Part shown: piece by piece, positions 40,187-53,578 of the stretch | Layout: every line of letters starts with the position of its first letter | Position numbering within the stretch: the stretch's first letter is position 1 | Program-made: the position numbers and the translations under genes | From: Saccostrea echinata | Lineage: Eukaryota | Assembly: GCF_033153115.1 (NCBI RefSeq) | Contig: NW_026889815.1 | Location: 682,001-746,000 of the forward strand | Length of the DNA: 64,000 bases | Reading direction: 5' to 3' | The notes under the pieces: generated by a model | What the model was told of the DNA's origin: nothing | Databases searched by the model: none | The model's input: the letters and a program-made list of their open reading frames with translations, nothing else

Positions 40187-40997
40187 TGTGTTGTGACATA
40201 ATCTTGGAGTTATCCGGAATTTTCATAACTTGTTGTATTTGGTTCTACTTTTATATCGAGCCCACATTTTCCCTTTATCATTGTTTACGTGGTTCGTAGC
40301 ACCTTATCAACTCTGATTGTTTCGTTGTCTGCAGCTTTGAAGCACAATGGAGTAAGTAATATTGTTTGTATTGCTCAATTTCCACTGTTGCATCTGTACG
40401 GTATATGATTTTGTATGCAATTTGGTCATTATTTGTGAACATCTAGTTTACATAGTAGTGTGTGAAGTCTATTTTTGGATAACGTGCGAGTTGCACTTTT
40501 CATGATTTTTAAGACTTAAAGAAGTTTTGTGTCACAAGATATTGCATTTTGTAATGAAATGCACACATATAATATTATTCCAAATATTTCAGTAATGTTT
40601 TTTTCTAGTCAAGCATTTTTATTGCATGTTAAATGCAAATAAATTATGCCATTGTAAAGAGTGCGGGAAAACTCGATGGCATGCTATAAAACATTGATTG
40701 TATTAAGTACATGTACCTAAGTTTGATGGCATGTTGTAAAATATAGCTTGATCAAGATACATGTTCATACCTAAACAGAGAGTTACTTGTGTGATAGTTC
40801 TAGTCATTTCACTCATTTGTCATGTTACGTTCATTCACTTCCTAGATAGCTTTGGATGTAATTTCATTTATTATTTTCTCTGTTCTTATTTGATTCATTG
40901 TAATATTTTCAGATCTAACCATATCCTCATGGAGAAATAAATGGTTGAACTTACTGCAACTTGCATTTTTATTGGACCAAGGCAATAAGGCAGTACA
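40187..40997 (+). repeat. 3' LTR, 811 bp
   Basis: TG...CA ends; direct repeat of 33493-34269 with scattered substitutions and a ~27-bp indel. Confidence 0.95.
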
Positions 40998-42509
40998 TCT
41001 ATTATTCAGTAACAACTCATTAAATAAGTTTAATATGTCCCCCGTTTATCACTATCACAATGCAGACTATTAACAAATTATTAGTGCTTCTGTACCCAAT
41101 ATTATTAACCTCTTGCACTGGTATTTGTTGGTCTTTGAAGAACATTTAATAAGTTATTTTTGTCTCATTTTTATTTATCTATTATTTACAAGTCTATCTG
41201 ATCATTAAAACTATTAAAGTACTTTTTATATTATACAACAAAAATTCTTGCATAGTTCTCTTATTCTATTAACCTTTCAAATACATTATTTACAGTGAAT
41301 AATTATCAAAAGTGAATGGCAAAGGGGAATAACTTCTCTCAGTAGAATACAAATTAATAGAACCCTGGTCAGGACCAGAACACTTGACCAAATAGTCCAG
41401 ATGTTCAAAACTCCGGTAAAATTACCCTTACTTATTAAAACGTTTTCTCTGTTTGCCTCGAATATGATCTTCACTACAAATTTTACACAGCCCTACCTTA
41501 ACAACAGAACCCATGACCAAGGGTCAGGAAATTCACAAATTTGGAATAGCTACCCTAATCTTCATAACTATAGACTTGATTTATCTGCTAAATACCCAGG
41601 GACAGAAAAGTAGATTGCAAAGAAATAATGCACTTTCACTACATAATCAGTAGAGCCCCGCCCTACAATGTCATTCTGGGCTTATTAACACTTTTTTAAG
41701 ACTTCCTATATTATACTTAAAGTGTTCTGGGAATTATTTGAGATTATTATCTAGTAGTTTTCGACCAAAAAAAAACCCAAAAAATAAGTTGTTATTTAAA
41801 CCTAACCCTAGGTTTAAATATGTAACCCTAAGGTCTGAAAAGTGTAAAATGTAACATAATTCATTTGGGCTTATAAACGAACGGAGTTAGCGGGTTAAAA
41901 ATTGGGTTTAGGATTGTAGCTAAACCCCTCAATGGTTTGTTGCAAAACCTATTCTAACCCCATGTAAGAAAAAATGGCATAAAAATCGAATAAAAAAATT
42001 CATGTCTGGGGGTATACCCAACTCCAAATTTTTCTCAAGGTTTTGAAAATTCTTAACGTCTTATAGCATCAAATGCTTAAAAACCGGCCGATTTCCATGG
42101 TATAGATCTGGGTTTTCTTGGCTGTAGCTAACTTAATTTACGCGAAAAAAATGTTTTCTGAAAAATATCCCTTACCTTAACTTTTTAACTAAAATTTTGA
42201 TTATGTTACATTTTACACTTTTTTGATCCTACCCCCCTGGGGCAATTTTAGAAGAACTCTGTGGCTTTTAAAACTATTTAAAAATCTCAAATCTGCGGCA
42301 TAATTTTTTTGTGGCTATAAGCATCCCTTAAAAAATAATAGGAGTTTGAAAAGTGTAAAATGTAACATAATTTTTATATCATATAAGGAGAGAATGGGCT
42401 TGGTCTGGGGTTAGCTCTAAATATAGGGGAAGTTCATAACCCTTCTTAGGGGACATTGTCATGATGACAAACACAAACTGTAGCGTTTTCTAAGTTATAT
42501 TTACAGTAT

Positions 42510-42601
42510 TTTCTTTCGTTTGTAATGGATTTATTGTACAGAGAGGCGTGACAGTCGAGTCACGCCTCTCTGTACAATAAATCCATTACAAACGAAAGAA
42601 A
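42510..42601. repeat. Perfect 43-bp-arm hairpin with a 6-nt loop
   Basis: TTTCTTTCGTTTGTAATGGATTTATTGTACAGAGAGGCGTGAC-AGTCGA-reverse complement. Confidence 0.95.
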
Positions 42602-44686
42602 GTTTCTGTAAATGTCTTGTGTTATGGTCATTTGCATAGTCACTCCTTCAGCACTAATCTGCACGCAACATTACGTCACAGGCCTTGGTCCATCGTAAGT
42701 GTACATGGTGTTCAAACAAAGCAGAAAGTACAAAGGAGATGGTTGCATCATGCGATGTTAAACGAGTGTGCAATTGTATTTGATGGATTAATTTAAGCAG
42801 TATGAGTATTTCAAAAAACACGGTATACACAGGCACAATACTGAAAACTTTGATCCGCCCGCACTATGATCCGCTACATTACTGTTACTAGGAATACGAT
42901 TGTATGTGCTGAGTAAATCTGAGTCAAGTACTGTAGCCACAAGTGTCAAAATTATGGAATGTAGTGTGAAAGAGTCCAAATACATGCATATACAAACATG
43001 TATCCGTTTGCATGTAACTCAAGGAACACATAAAACAGGTGCTATTAAGGGAATCATCGAACTGCGCGCGTTTTCAATATTGTCACATTTGAATTATCGT
43101 TTTAATTTGAATACATGAAATTCTGTATATTTTTAAAAAAAAAAATGTTTAAAGCAGTTAACCTAGTTTCCATGTATTCCTCTTCAAAATGGTTCTCACG
43201 TATGCATTTTCAGATTGAAGAGAGGGGGTTGAATTTTGTGAGGTTTCTCATGTTTCCTCTGTATAGGTTGTATAAACTTACAGAAATTGAAGAAAAAATA
43301 TTCAAAAAGTATCGAGTTCTTTTGGAAGTTATTGTACAGTATATTGGAATTTATTGTACGGCTAAGCTCCGTCCCCTAGAATTTATAGTACGTTGGAATT
43401 CAGATTTCTATCGGATTTAAAGTATGGCTAACATCAAAAGAAAAAGTACCGCACCATGACACAAATGACCTTATGGCCTAATTTACTGAGTATGGACAGA
43501 AACCCAAAGTGTAAATGTAACACAATTTTTTGTGACTTTTACTTTTTGGGCCCTATTCTCTTATAAATCAATTTTAACTGGATATTTTAGAAAAAATGAC
43601 TTTTATTTAAGAGAAATAATCAAAATATAATGCCAGAAGTTCATGGTGTTCAATTATCTTTTCGATTATCATCCATATGACCCCTGCTCAGATGTAAGTA
43701 GCCATTTAGGTGAATTTTTATAAGTCCCAACAAATATACATTTTTCTTGTATTTCTTGAAAATACAGGAAATTTAAGTGAAATTTGGCTTCCTTTTCCTT
43801 CGCCTAAGGTAACCGTACAAATATAAAGGAAAAAAATTTTGTTCTATACATAATCGACAGAAATAAGGACAAATCAGGTGTCGCGACATGTCAGAATCAC
43901 TTAAGTCATTCTTAATTTGTTGCGACATGATTTTTCGACTAACCGAGTATTGAACAATTAAAAACATATTATATTTTGTTAATTCAATGCATTTCCTACC
44001 TTGTTTCTATTAAAGTAGGTTCACAAATTGATTTAAGCTACATTTTACACTTTCAAACCCAAGAGTGATATTTATATTTCCCTTTTTGGCTAATATTTGC
44101 TTATTATTAAATTTATATTTGATATTAGAGAAAAATCAACCTTCATTTAATATGAATAACCTGTGTAGCAACCTCTAATGATAAAACGCCGCTTAATGAT
44201 ACAAATATCATTAAGCGTTGCAATTGCAACGCTTAATGCCATAAATTATTGCATTAATAGTTGACATTCTCAACCGCTAATGCTAAATCGCCGCTTAATG
44301 ATAGAATTATATCATTAAGCGTCACAAATGCAGAGCAACCCTTGATGAAACAAGCAAATATCGACATAATCGACGACTAATGATACACAGTAGTGTATCA
44401 TTAAGCGTTGCAGTTGCAACCTTAAATGATATAAAATTTAGAAATGGTTTGCAATATCTAAGAGAAACACACATCCACCTTTCCTGAACTATGAGATATC
44501 ACTTGCCAAAACATTTATATATGCCCTTGTGCTATATAAATGGTAATTATTGGAGTTTTACTATGTTTTCTAGCTAGTCAAGGGAACTTCTTTAAGCTCC
44601 GGATGTTTAAAAGACAGACAGTCAGAAAGCTGAGAGAAAAAGATACAGACAAATAGATCAATAAAATGATATTCAAATCCTTTTAA

Positions 44687-44864
44687 GAGGGCTATATTGA
44701 TCTCTTTAGAAGAAGAGCTCCATATAAAGATACACAAAAATGATCAAATTTTAAAAATAAAATGTATGATTTTTTTCTTTGCCAAATGATAGTTGACAAC
44801 TTAAGATATTATATAAAAAAAAATAAGTTATATCTGATGGTTAATTTCTTCACCCCCAGCCTCC
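44687..44864. mobile_element. TTAA-targeting MITE (Kolobok-like), 178 bp, in the left arm only
   Basis: TTAA|GAGGGCT...AGCCTCC|TTAA. The right arm shows the empty site (rev. comp. CCTTTTAAAAGAACC), which demonstrates the TTAA duplication. Confidence 0.85.
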
Positions 44865-46699
44865 TTAAAAGAACCACTTTTTTTTACTGAAAATACAGAA
44901 ACAATCAATTTCTTTTTAAATTTATATAACGATTTGAATAGTCAACCTAAAATATATATAATATATTTGAATATTTTTTATCGAAACTTTGTATTTTAGA
45001 TTTGATACAGCTTAACACATGTCACTGTTAACGTTTCAGATATACATATCGAAAAATAAATTTATAGTTTTAACTATTGTATTTCTAATCTGCTCCATTT
45101 CTCCAAATTTCGAAAAAGAGAGACATCAATATTCACAACTTATGTTTAAGGATACATAACGCAAAAAATACAATGTAATACATTGAATAATATATATTGT
45201 TTTGAGAAAAAAGTTTCATTTATCCTTTATTCGTGATCAGAGTTACTTGAATACATTACTGTTGCATGATTATTTTATTATCATTTTTGAATTTATATCA
45301 AAATATAAATATGGGTTTTTCATGTTATCAAATCTCATAAAGCCTGGGCCGAGGAGCTTCTTGTTGAAATATGATCATGTACCAATCGTATTTTTATCCC
45401 TTTTGATGTTTAAAAATAATACATGTGCCTTATTACTGGTCGGATATAGTTTTGGACTAAAATTTACCCCCCCCCCCCCCCCATAGACGGATTTATAGCC
45501 GAGTAAAAACGGAACTTATAGGAATACTTGTGACTGATTTTTAACAAATATTTGCAAAGTATAGTTTTTAGCCCATGAAACGATTAAATTGTCAGACCTC
45601 GGTGGTTTATTTTGGAATTTGTTGAACTTGTTTTTCAACTACTTATGACGTCATTGTGAATCACGTCTATCATTTATAATTTAACAATGAACTTGTGGTC
45701 ATGTGGGAAACCTGTTTGTATAAAGGGTTAAAACGTAACAATGAGATAATGTGGTGCAAGAGGAAATATTTGCGAAACTATGTAAATATTGAAGAATACA
45801 GTGTATAAATTCCACTTTTCTGTGACTGAAAATAATGGACCCGAAGAGAAATTAATAATCCTAATCCTATAAAATAAATGTATTCTTTGTCCATTTCATA
45901 CTTCGTGTGTGTGGTACGCATTGTAATCTTTTATTGTGTGTCATACCAATCCATCCTTATGCTAACTGTTACATGTTACTTTTAAATGTTTCATCATTAT
46001 CATCAGTGGTAGATCTAAGAATGGAATAACAAATAGTAAAGATGATTATAAAGATTTCAGTTTGCTTTACTTTAAGTCTTGGTTACAACTATTAAGAGAT
46101 TTACATGATTTATAGCCAGTGTTTGCAGGCTGGGTGAAAATATTTCTTTTAGTCATAAATCAATGACATCAACAGAGTTAAAATGGTCGGTTTTTAAACC
46201 AGATATCTTTTTATTATCAGTCGCCCGAAGACATATCCATGCGTGATGCCAATCCGAGGAAGCAATTATTCTTTTGATCTCTAAAACCAGTCCACTAGAC
46301 GAACCCGCAAGTCTCATGAGTCTTCTAACACTTATGATTGATGGTATATTTGTTAAAGACTTGGTGAAATATATACTCTTGGGCCTGGTTTAGCATCAAT
46401 GATTGAACGAAACAATTCATTAACGTTCCTGATACGAAACCTAGAATTGGGATCCATTTCCAAAACGAATTGGAATATTTTACTCCAAATTTCCCGAGGT
46501 ATTATAAAATAGAAAAGGTAAGTCACTTCCATTTGTTTACACTGGACCCCTCTTGGATATCAGGACCGAAATATCATTTACCTAATACATGTCACAAAAA
46601 GGTGTCATTATATCTTGTTTCGGTAGATATTTTTGTCTTTAATCGTGCTATTTAATTGCCCAGGCCTTCCATAATAATTCGAGTATTCATCGTGAAAAA

Positions 46700-47790
46700 T
46701 GCTACAAGATTTGGAAATGTCAAAGTAGAAATTACGGAAGTGATGCAAAAACGACACCTAGCGTTTAACTCTTGAGTTTCGAGTGTTATAGAATCAAGGG
46801 AAAAGCCAGAGGTCTACGAAAAAGTTTGGGAAAATTTTCATAAAGAAGTCGAAATTGATTCATTAGAATATAATAAATTCTGCTTAATTCTGCTTAATTT
46901 TCGAAATGAGTGAGGGTAGTCGTCAATATTCCCTTTAAAGGATGTTATCACTGATACCAAAAAGCGTTTCAAAAATCGCTTAAACATTACAATACATGTA
47001 AACAGTCCTGTTTATGAGTTGCAAGAAGACACACCATTACACTGTAGAATTCCTGTGGACGTGTTGGAAGAAGACACGGTTTTAACTGTAGCATATCTAT
47101 CGACGACTTCGACGAGGATATGTCTCCAACCTGTAGTATTCAATTCGACAATTTAGACGAAGACAAACCTACCAACTGTAGCAGTCCTGTGGATGAGTTG
47201 CAAGAAGACAAGCATCCCAACTGTAACATTCCTGTCGACGTGTTAGCAGAAGACTTATCTCTAAACAGCGGCGGTCTAGTCGACAATCTTGGCGACAAAA
47301 CACCTCCCACCTGTACTAATCCTGATGACAAGCTAAACGAGGACACGCTTAACAACTGTAGCAGTCCTGTCAAGAAGTTGCAAAAAAAAAACACGCCTCT
47401 TTATTGCAATAGTCCTGAAAGAGATAAGTCAATGTGCCTACCTCGGGAAATTTGGAGTAAAATATTCCAATTCGTTTTGGAAATGGATCCCAATTCTAGG
47501 TTTCGTATCAGAAACGTTAATGAATTGTTTCGTTCAAACATTGATGCTAAACCAGGCCCAAGAGTATATATTTCACCAAGTCTTTAACAAATATACCATC
47601 AATCATAAGTGTTAGAAGACTCATGAGACTTGCGGGTTCGTCTAGTGGACTGGTTTTAGAGATCAAAAGAATAATTGCTTCCTCGGATTGGCATCACGCA
47701 TGGATATGTCTTCGGGCGACTGATAATAAAAAGATATCTGGTTTAAAAACCGACCATTTTAACTCTGTTGATGTCATTGATTTATGACTA
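46700..47790 (+). pseudogene. Cargo gene remnant: ~9 x 15-aa acidic Cys/Pro repeats followed by an F-box-like motif and a C-terminal domain
   Basis: ORF 47120-47587 contains (xxPVDxLxEDxxxxC)n then LPREIWSKIFQFV..IRNVNELFR. After a frameshift it continues TNIPSIISVRRLMRLAGSSSGLVLEIKRIIASSDWHHAWICL. Confidence 0.55.
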
Positions 47791-49901
47791 AAAGAAATAT
47801 TTTCACCCAGCCTGCAAACACTGGCTATAAATCATGTAAATCTCTTAATAGTTGTAACCAAGACTTAAAGTAAAGCAAACTGAAATCTTTATAATCATCT
47901 TTACTATTTGTTATTCCATTCTTAGATCTACCACTGATGATAATGATGAAACATTTAAAAGTAATATGTAACAGTTAGCATAAGGATGGATTGGTATGAC
48001 ACACAATAAAAGATTACAATGCGTACCACACATACGAAGTATGAAATGGACACAGAATACATTTATTTTATAGGATTAGGATTATTAATTTCGCTTCGGG
48101 TCCATTATTTTCAGTCACAGAAAAAGTGGGATTTATACACTGTATTCTTCAATATTTACATTGTTTCGCAAATATTTCCTCTTGCACCGCATTATCTCAT
48201 CGTTACGTTTTAACCCTGTATACAAACAGGTTTCCCACATGACCACAAGTTCATTGTTAAATAATAAATGATCGACGTGATTCACAATGACGTCATAAGT
48301 ATTCAACAACAAGTTCAACAAATTCCAAAATAAACCACCGAGGTCTGACAATATAATCGTTTCATGGGCTAAAAGCTATACTTCGCAAATATTTGTTAAA
48401 AATCAGTCACAAGTATTTCTATAAGTACCATTTGTACTCGACTATATATCGTCTATGGGGGGTAAATTTTAGTCCAAAACTCTATATCCGACCAGTACTA
48501 AGGCACATGTATTATTTTTAAACATCAAAAGGGATAAAAATACGATTGGTACATGATCATATATATTTCAACAAGAAGCTCCTCGGCCCAGGCTTTTTGA
48601 GATTTGATAACATGAAAAACCCATATTTATATTTTGATATAAATTCAAAAATGATAATAAAATAATCATGCAACAGTAATGTATTCAAGTAACTCTGATC
48701 ACGAATAAAGGATAAATGAACCTTTTTCTCAAAACAATATATATTATTCAATGTATTACATTGTATTTTTTGTGTTATGTATCCTTAAACATAAGTTGTG
48801 AATATTGATGTCTCTCTTTTTCGAAATTTGGAGAAATGGAGCAGATTAGAAATACAATAATAAAAATTATAAATTTATTTCTCGATATGTATATCTGAAA
48901 CGTTAACAGTGACATGTGTTAAGCTGTATCAAATCTAAAATACAAAGTTTCGATAAAAAATATTCAAATATATTATACATATTTTAGGTTGACTATTCAA
49001 ATCGTTGTATCAATTTAAAAGGAATTCGCTTGTTTCTGTTTTTTTTCAGTAAAAAAAATTGGTTCTTTTAAAAGGATTTGAATATCATTTTATTGATCTA
49101 TTTGTCTGTATCTTTTTCTCTCAGCTTTCTGACTGTCTGTCTTTTAAACATCCGGAGCTTAAAGAAGTTCCCTTGACTAGCTAGAAAACATAGTAAAACT
49201 CCAATAATTACCATTTATATAGCACAAGGGCATATATAAATGTTTCAGCAAGTGATATCTCATTGTTCAGGAAAGGTGGATGTGTGTTTCTCTCAGATAT
49301 TGCAAACCATTTCTAAATTTTATATCATTTAAGGTTGCAACTGCAACGCTTAATGATACACTAGTGTGTATCATTAGTCGTCAATTTTGTCGATATTTGC
49401 TTGTTTCATTAAGCGTCAATATTGCTCTGCATTTGTGACGCTTAATGATATAATTCTATCATTAAGCGGCGATTTAGCATTAGCGGTTGAGAATGTCAAC
49501 TATTAATGCAATAATTTATGGCATTAAGCGTTGCAATTGCAACGCTTAATGATATTTGTATCATTAAGCGGCGTTTTATCATTAGAGGTTGCTACATAGC
49601 TGTTCCAGACAGCATAAAAGATAATAAAAATCCCAGGATGTTTTCATTCTTTTTCTGTAAATATGTATTTGCTTCGCTATTTCCATCTAATTTCATTCGC
49701 ACTCTAATTAATTACACACTCAATCACTAATCTTTTAGTATATTATGGTATGTTCAAACGTAATGAGTAATGAAAAATCATCTTGTTTTAGTACTGATTC
49801 ATTTAAATATGTAATTTTTTTCAATTTATATACTCGGTATACGTAGAAAAACTAGTGCCAAATTGATGTTTGAAGGAACGTGAGAAACTACGACCACTTA
49901 A

Positions 49902-52171
49902 GGAAGCGATTGCATGGCGTCACGTGATCGACTCATTTGATGTTTAAAAAAAGAAGATTTACGGTAACCATTTCCGGAGTAAGGAGCCTGATTATGATTA
50001 CGCCCATGACAAAAGGTCTTCGTGGCAATATTTTTAAAATGGAGAAAGAATAAGATAGGCCCTAAAGATGTGATGTAGCAGAGTGTTGGTGAGCGTCGAC
50101 GCAGATTTTTTTATCCATGTGTTTTTTCGTTTTGACACGTCTAGCCTTTGTCGTAGTTCCGAACGCTGTAATCTATTTCATAAATAAATTTAATTCATAC
50201 CTGGATCTTTACGTCCTCTAGTTTTAATTAAAATACTAGAATTTTATTTGAGATCGGTTTTTTTACTATAGGATTAACATCTATGAATAGATAATCATTT
50301 CCTAGAAGCTTCGGACGGCGTGATTTTCTCAGTGATTATAATGAATATAGACCTATATGGAAGCATAAACGAATGCGATTTTCATTTATACGTGTATAGA
50401 CCAGTTTCAGGTTGCATGCTGGACATGAACGTATTTTAAAAAAACTATTGCGGAGGAAATCGTTTTCCTCTGTAAGATCTTCTCTAGCATTTTCAACGCT
50501 TACATCGACCATGTACATTGTAAACATTGAATCATCGGCACATATTGCGTAAACATTTGTTGTAGTAAATTGTTTTATGCGTCGTATTTGGTAAAAAATT
50601 GAAACTCAACACACTTCTTCTGAAAAGAAAAGAAAGGTTTCTTTTTGCAAGTTTTCACAAATCTAGCAAAAAATACGCATGTAAGAATGACAGACGAAAT
50701 TAAGAGAGGATAACTCTGACAATCGAGGTACTACGGAGGTACCAGGTATAGGCTACCAGAGAAAGAAAATTATTTTGAGCATAATGTTATTCATTTAAAA
50801 AAAAATTTCAACTCATCATTCTCACGGGAATATATTTGAAAAATTAATTTAATTTTTGAAAATTCACGAGGACATGAACAAAGACTCTTCACCTCAGCAT
50901 ATTTCATGAAATGCGTGATCATGAAGCGCAAATTTATAAATGTCATTCAACCATTATTTTGGAAACAAAACAGTTTGCACTAGGCCTATAGTTTTGACGT
51001 CAAGTGTGGCATTACGACGTCACAATGGAGATATGTAGGCTTACCTTGTTCATGAGAAAATGAACTGTTTTCTAACTTGCAATGAATGTGTAGGAAAAAT
51101 ATTTGCAAATGTAAATATTACATGGCAAATTAATAAAATTTGTCAAATAAGATAATAGCTAGGATTTATTTTATATACGGTATAGATTGCAGATACAAGT
51201 TCTCTGAAATAATCTACTACTCAATCAATGTGTTCAAGTGACTAACCCCCCCCTCCCCCCCCCCTTCCCTTTCCGATTCCAAGTCACAGTGCAGAGACCT
51301 CGATGAGTGTTCAGAGCATGAACAATTTGGCCCTTGGACCACTGTGTACTGGTTTAGAATGTATATATTTATATTGAAATAATAACGGAATGAATATTTT
51401 GGAGATGTAAAAATTAACCCAAAAATGTGCATATTGTTGTTTTTTGTGTACATGATACTTATATCATTCTGCTCTACGTATAAAATGAGCAACCACCACA
51501 AGATTTTCAGAAATAAAATATTTTATTAATCTGTACGTATTTTTTTTTAAATAGTCTTTTAATTAACAGATTATGCATATTAAAGGTTCAGCAACAAACC
51601 ATCAGATTAAAATTTATGAAGTTTTTTTTTTATATTTTAGGAAGGGGGGGGGGGCTTTTGAAATGCATGTAGCTTAAAAAAGAATGTGATGACCCCACTT
51701 CATATTTTAACCATAAGTCACTTATAATATTTGTTACAAAATATATCAATTTTAGGAAAATTCATTGAGCAATTTTTTGTCAAGACGTTGAAAACTGCTC
51801 TTGGGGTGAAAATATTACTGCAAATTTACAATGACTACTCCCCAAAGCAACTGTGGCATTACTATATCTATCAATAGTTTCCGATACAATTTTTATTTTC
51901 AATGAATATAAAGCATATTATTTAATATCTGGTGAAAATTATTTAATTTGTTTCAATTTTGATACCTGTATGGCATACTTAAAGTTTCACTTCATAAATA
52001 TCAAAATATTGAAAAACGGTGGTTACCATGGCAACCATATCTTCTTTATAACCCTGATGACCATGGTTGACATTTTCATATTATGATACCATTAACGTAA
52101 GGCAAATTATATGTAAAAATGAGAAAAATTCATAGAGCGGATTTTTTTCATGGACCCTTGCAATCTCTTCC
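49902..52171. mobile_element. TTAA-flanked DNA transposon (Kolobok-like), 2270 bp
   Basis: TTAA|GGAAGCGATTGCA ... TGCAATCTCTTCC|TTAA. Confidence 0.75.
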
Positions 52172-53578
52172 TTAAAGAAAAAGAAATCAGAATCTTACGA
52201 CCATCAGAATGCAGAATCTCTTAAAGTTCGAATTAAGTACAGAACAAGAGGGACCTTCAAAACGACCAAGGAATGACTGTTACCCAATGAAGCTCCAGAG
52301 AGAGAGAGAGAGGGAGAGAGGGAGGGAGACGAGATGTATTTATTATGTACAGAACTACGTGTCTTATGTATATGCAAGTATTATCTGACACTCCTCTTTT
52401 TTATGCAATTATGATTATTTAGGTATTCAGCATGATGCGTTAAAAAATCTTTTTTGTTGTCTTTATAAATTACTGTGGCATGAACTCCGTACAAAGGCAC
52501 TTGTTTGCAAGACTGTTTTCAGAGATTGAAATATTGTATTCATTAATTGAAATGTATTGTAAAAAGAACTGAAGCCAATTTTTTTAACATAATTGTATAT
52601 TTATAAACAAAATGTGAAACAAGCATCTATGCCACAGTATATATGAATTGCTTGTCTTTTGCTTACACAGTATAATTTCGCACATATAACTACAGACACT
52701 TATCGTTATATATTTTTCTTATACAATTATATAATTATAATTCATATAAGATATTCTCATACATAGAATATTGATGTTTGACCTTAAAGGATAAAATTTA
52801 AATTTTCGAATAGTTTGACATTCATAAAATTCATAGTATTCAATCTATTGTTTTAAATCCATTGAGACGCGAAACATAGAGATTTTCTGAGGTAAATGTT
52901 TTCTAGGGAACGACCATGCTTTTGATCCTGAAAGGGTAGGGGTTCCTGGCACGCTAGTCACGTTATGCATTTTCATGCCTTCATTGGTACTGGGATCATT
53001 TATTTATTTTTACAACTTATTTTTAACTTATAAGCCAGTGATCGAGGTTAATTATTCGTGGATTCATATTAACTATATGGGAAGTGGGGGGGGGGGGTCT
53101 AAGAAATTTCTTATTATCCTTTAAATTTTATTTTTGTATCGGTATAATTAAACAATTAAAAGTGATCATTGAAGGCGTAAGCAAGATTCCAGTTCCCCTC
53201 GACCAGGACTATTTCCCTCGGCTTCGCCAAGTCTCGGGGATAAACATAACTCGTTGGATGCAAATCAAATACGGAACCAATTTTGATGCACTAGATGCGC
53301 ATTTCGACAAATTATGTCTCTTGAATGATGCTCATGCCGAAACGTTGGAAATCAGAAATATCTTAAAAAAAATAACATTGAGGAGCTGAAAAAGAGGGGC
53401 CGAATACGTCAAAGGATCGGAGCTATGCATGGGGGAGATAATCCTTAATTTTAAAATAAATTTCTAAATTTTACCACAACAATTCAATAAATATCCGTAT
53501 TTTCAAGCTTGTACCGAGGTACTTAGCTACTGGGCTGCAGAGACCCTTGGGGACGAACAGTCCACCAACTCGTTGGAT

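Larger units (their letters stand above)
29418..40997 (+). mobile_element. BEL/Pao LTR retrotransposon, full-length but degenerate
   Basis: LTRs TGTGTTGTGAC...GGCAGTACA, 5-bp TSD TCTAT (29413-17, 40998-41002), and polypurine tract AGACAGGGAG before the 3' LTR. Confidence 0.95.
29278..41667 (-). mobile_element. HINE of the same family as 16875-20624, split by the BEL insertion (pieces 29278-29417 and 40998-41667)
   Basis: CAAGAGGCCCAAGGGCCTTGATGGTCACCTGAGTATAATACA is the reverse complement of the 3' end at 20581-20624. Homology resumes after the TCTAT TSD at 41003. Confidence 0.8.
44161..49599. mobile_element. Giant palindromic (foldback-like) element: ~2.16-kb inverted arms (44161-46501, 47439-49599) around a 937-bp spacer
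   Basis: Termini TGTAGCAACCTCTAATGATAAAACGCCGC / GCGGCGTTTTATCATTAGAGGTTGCTACA. The arms are reverse-complementary throughout, with few substitutions. CGCTTAATGAT subterminal repeats are present. The TSD is unresolved (possibly TA). Confidence 0.9.

Noticed and set aside
45202-48751. Mirror ORFs 45202-45486 (+) and 48557-48751 (-)
   Set aside because: AT-rich non-coding arms of the palindrome, with no start or stop conservation.
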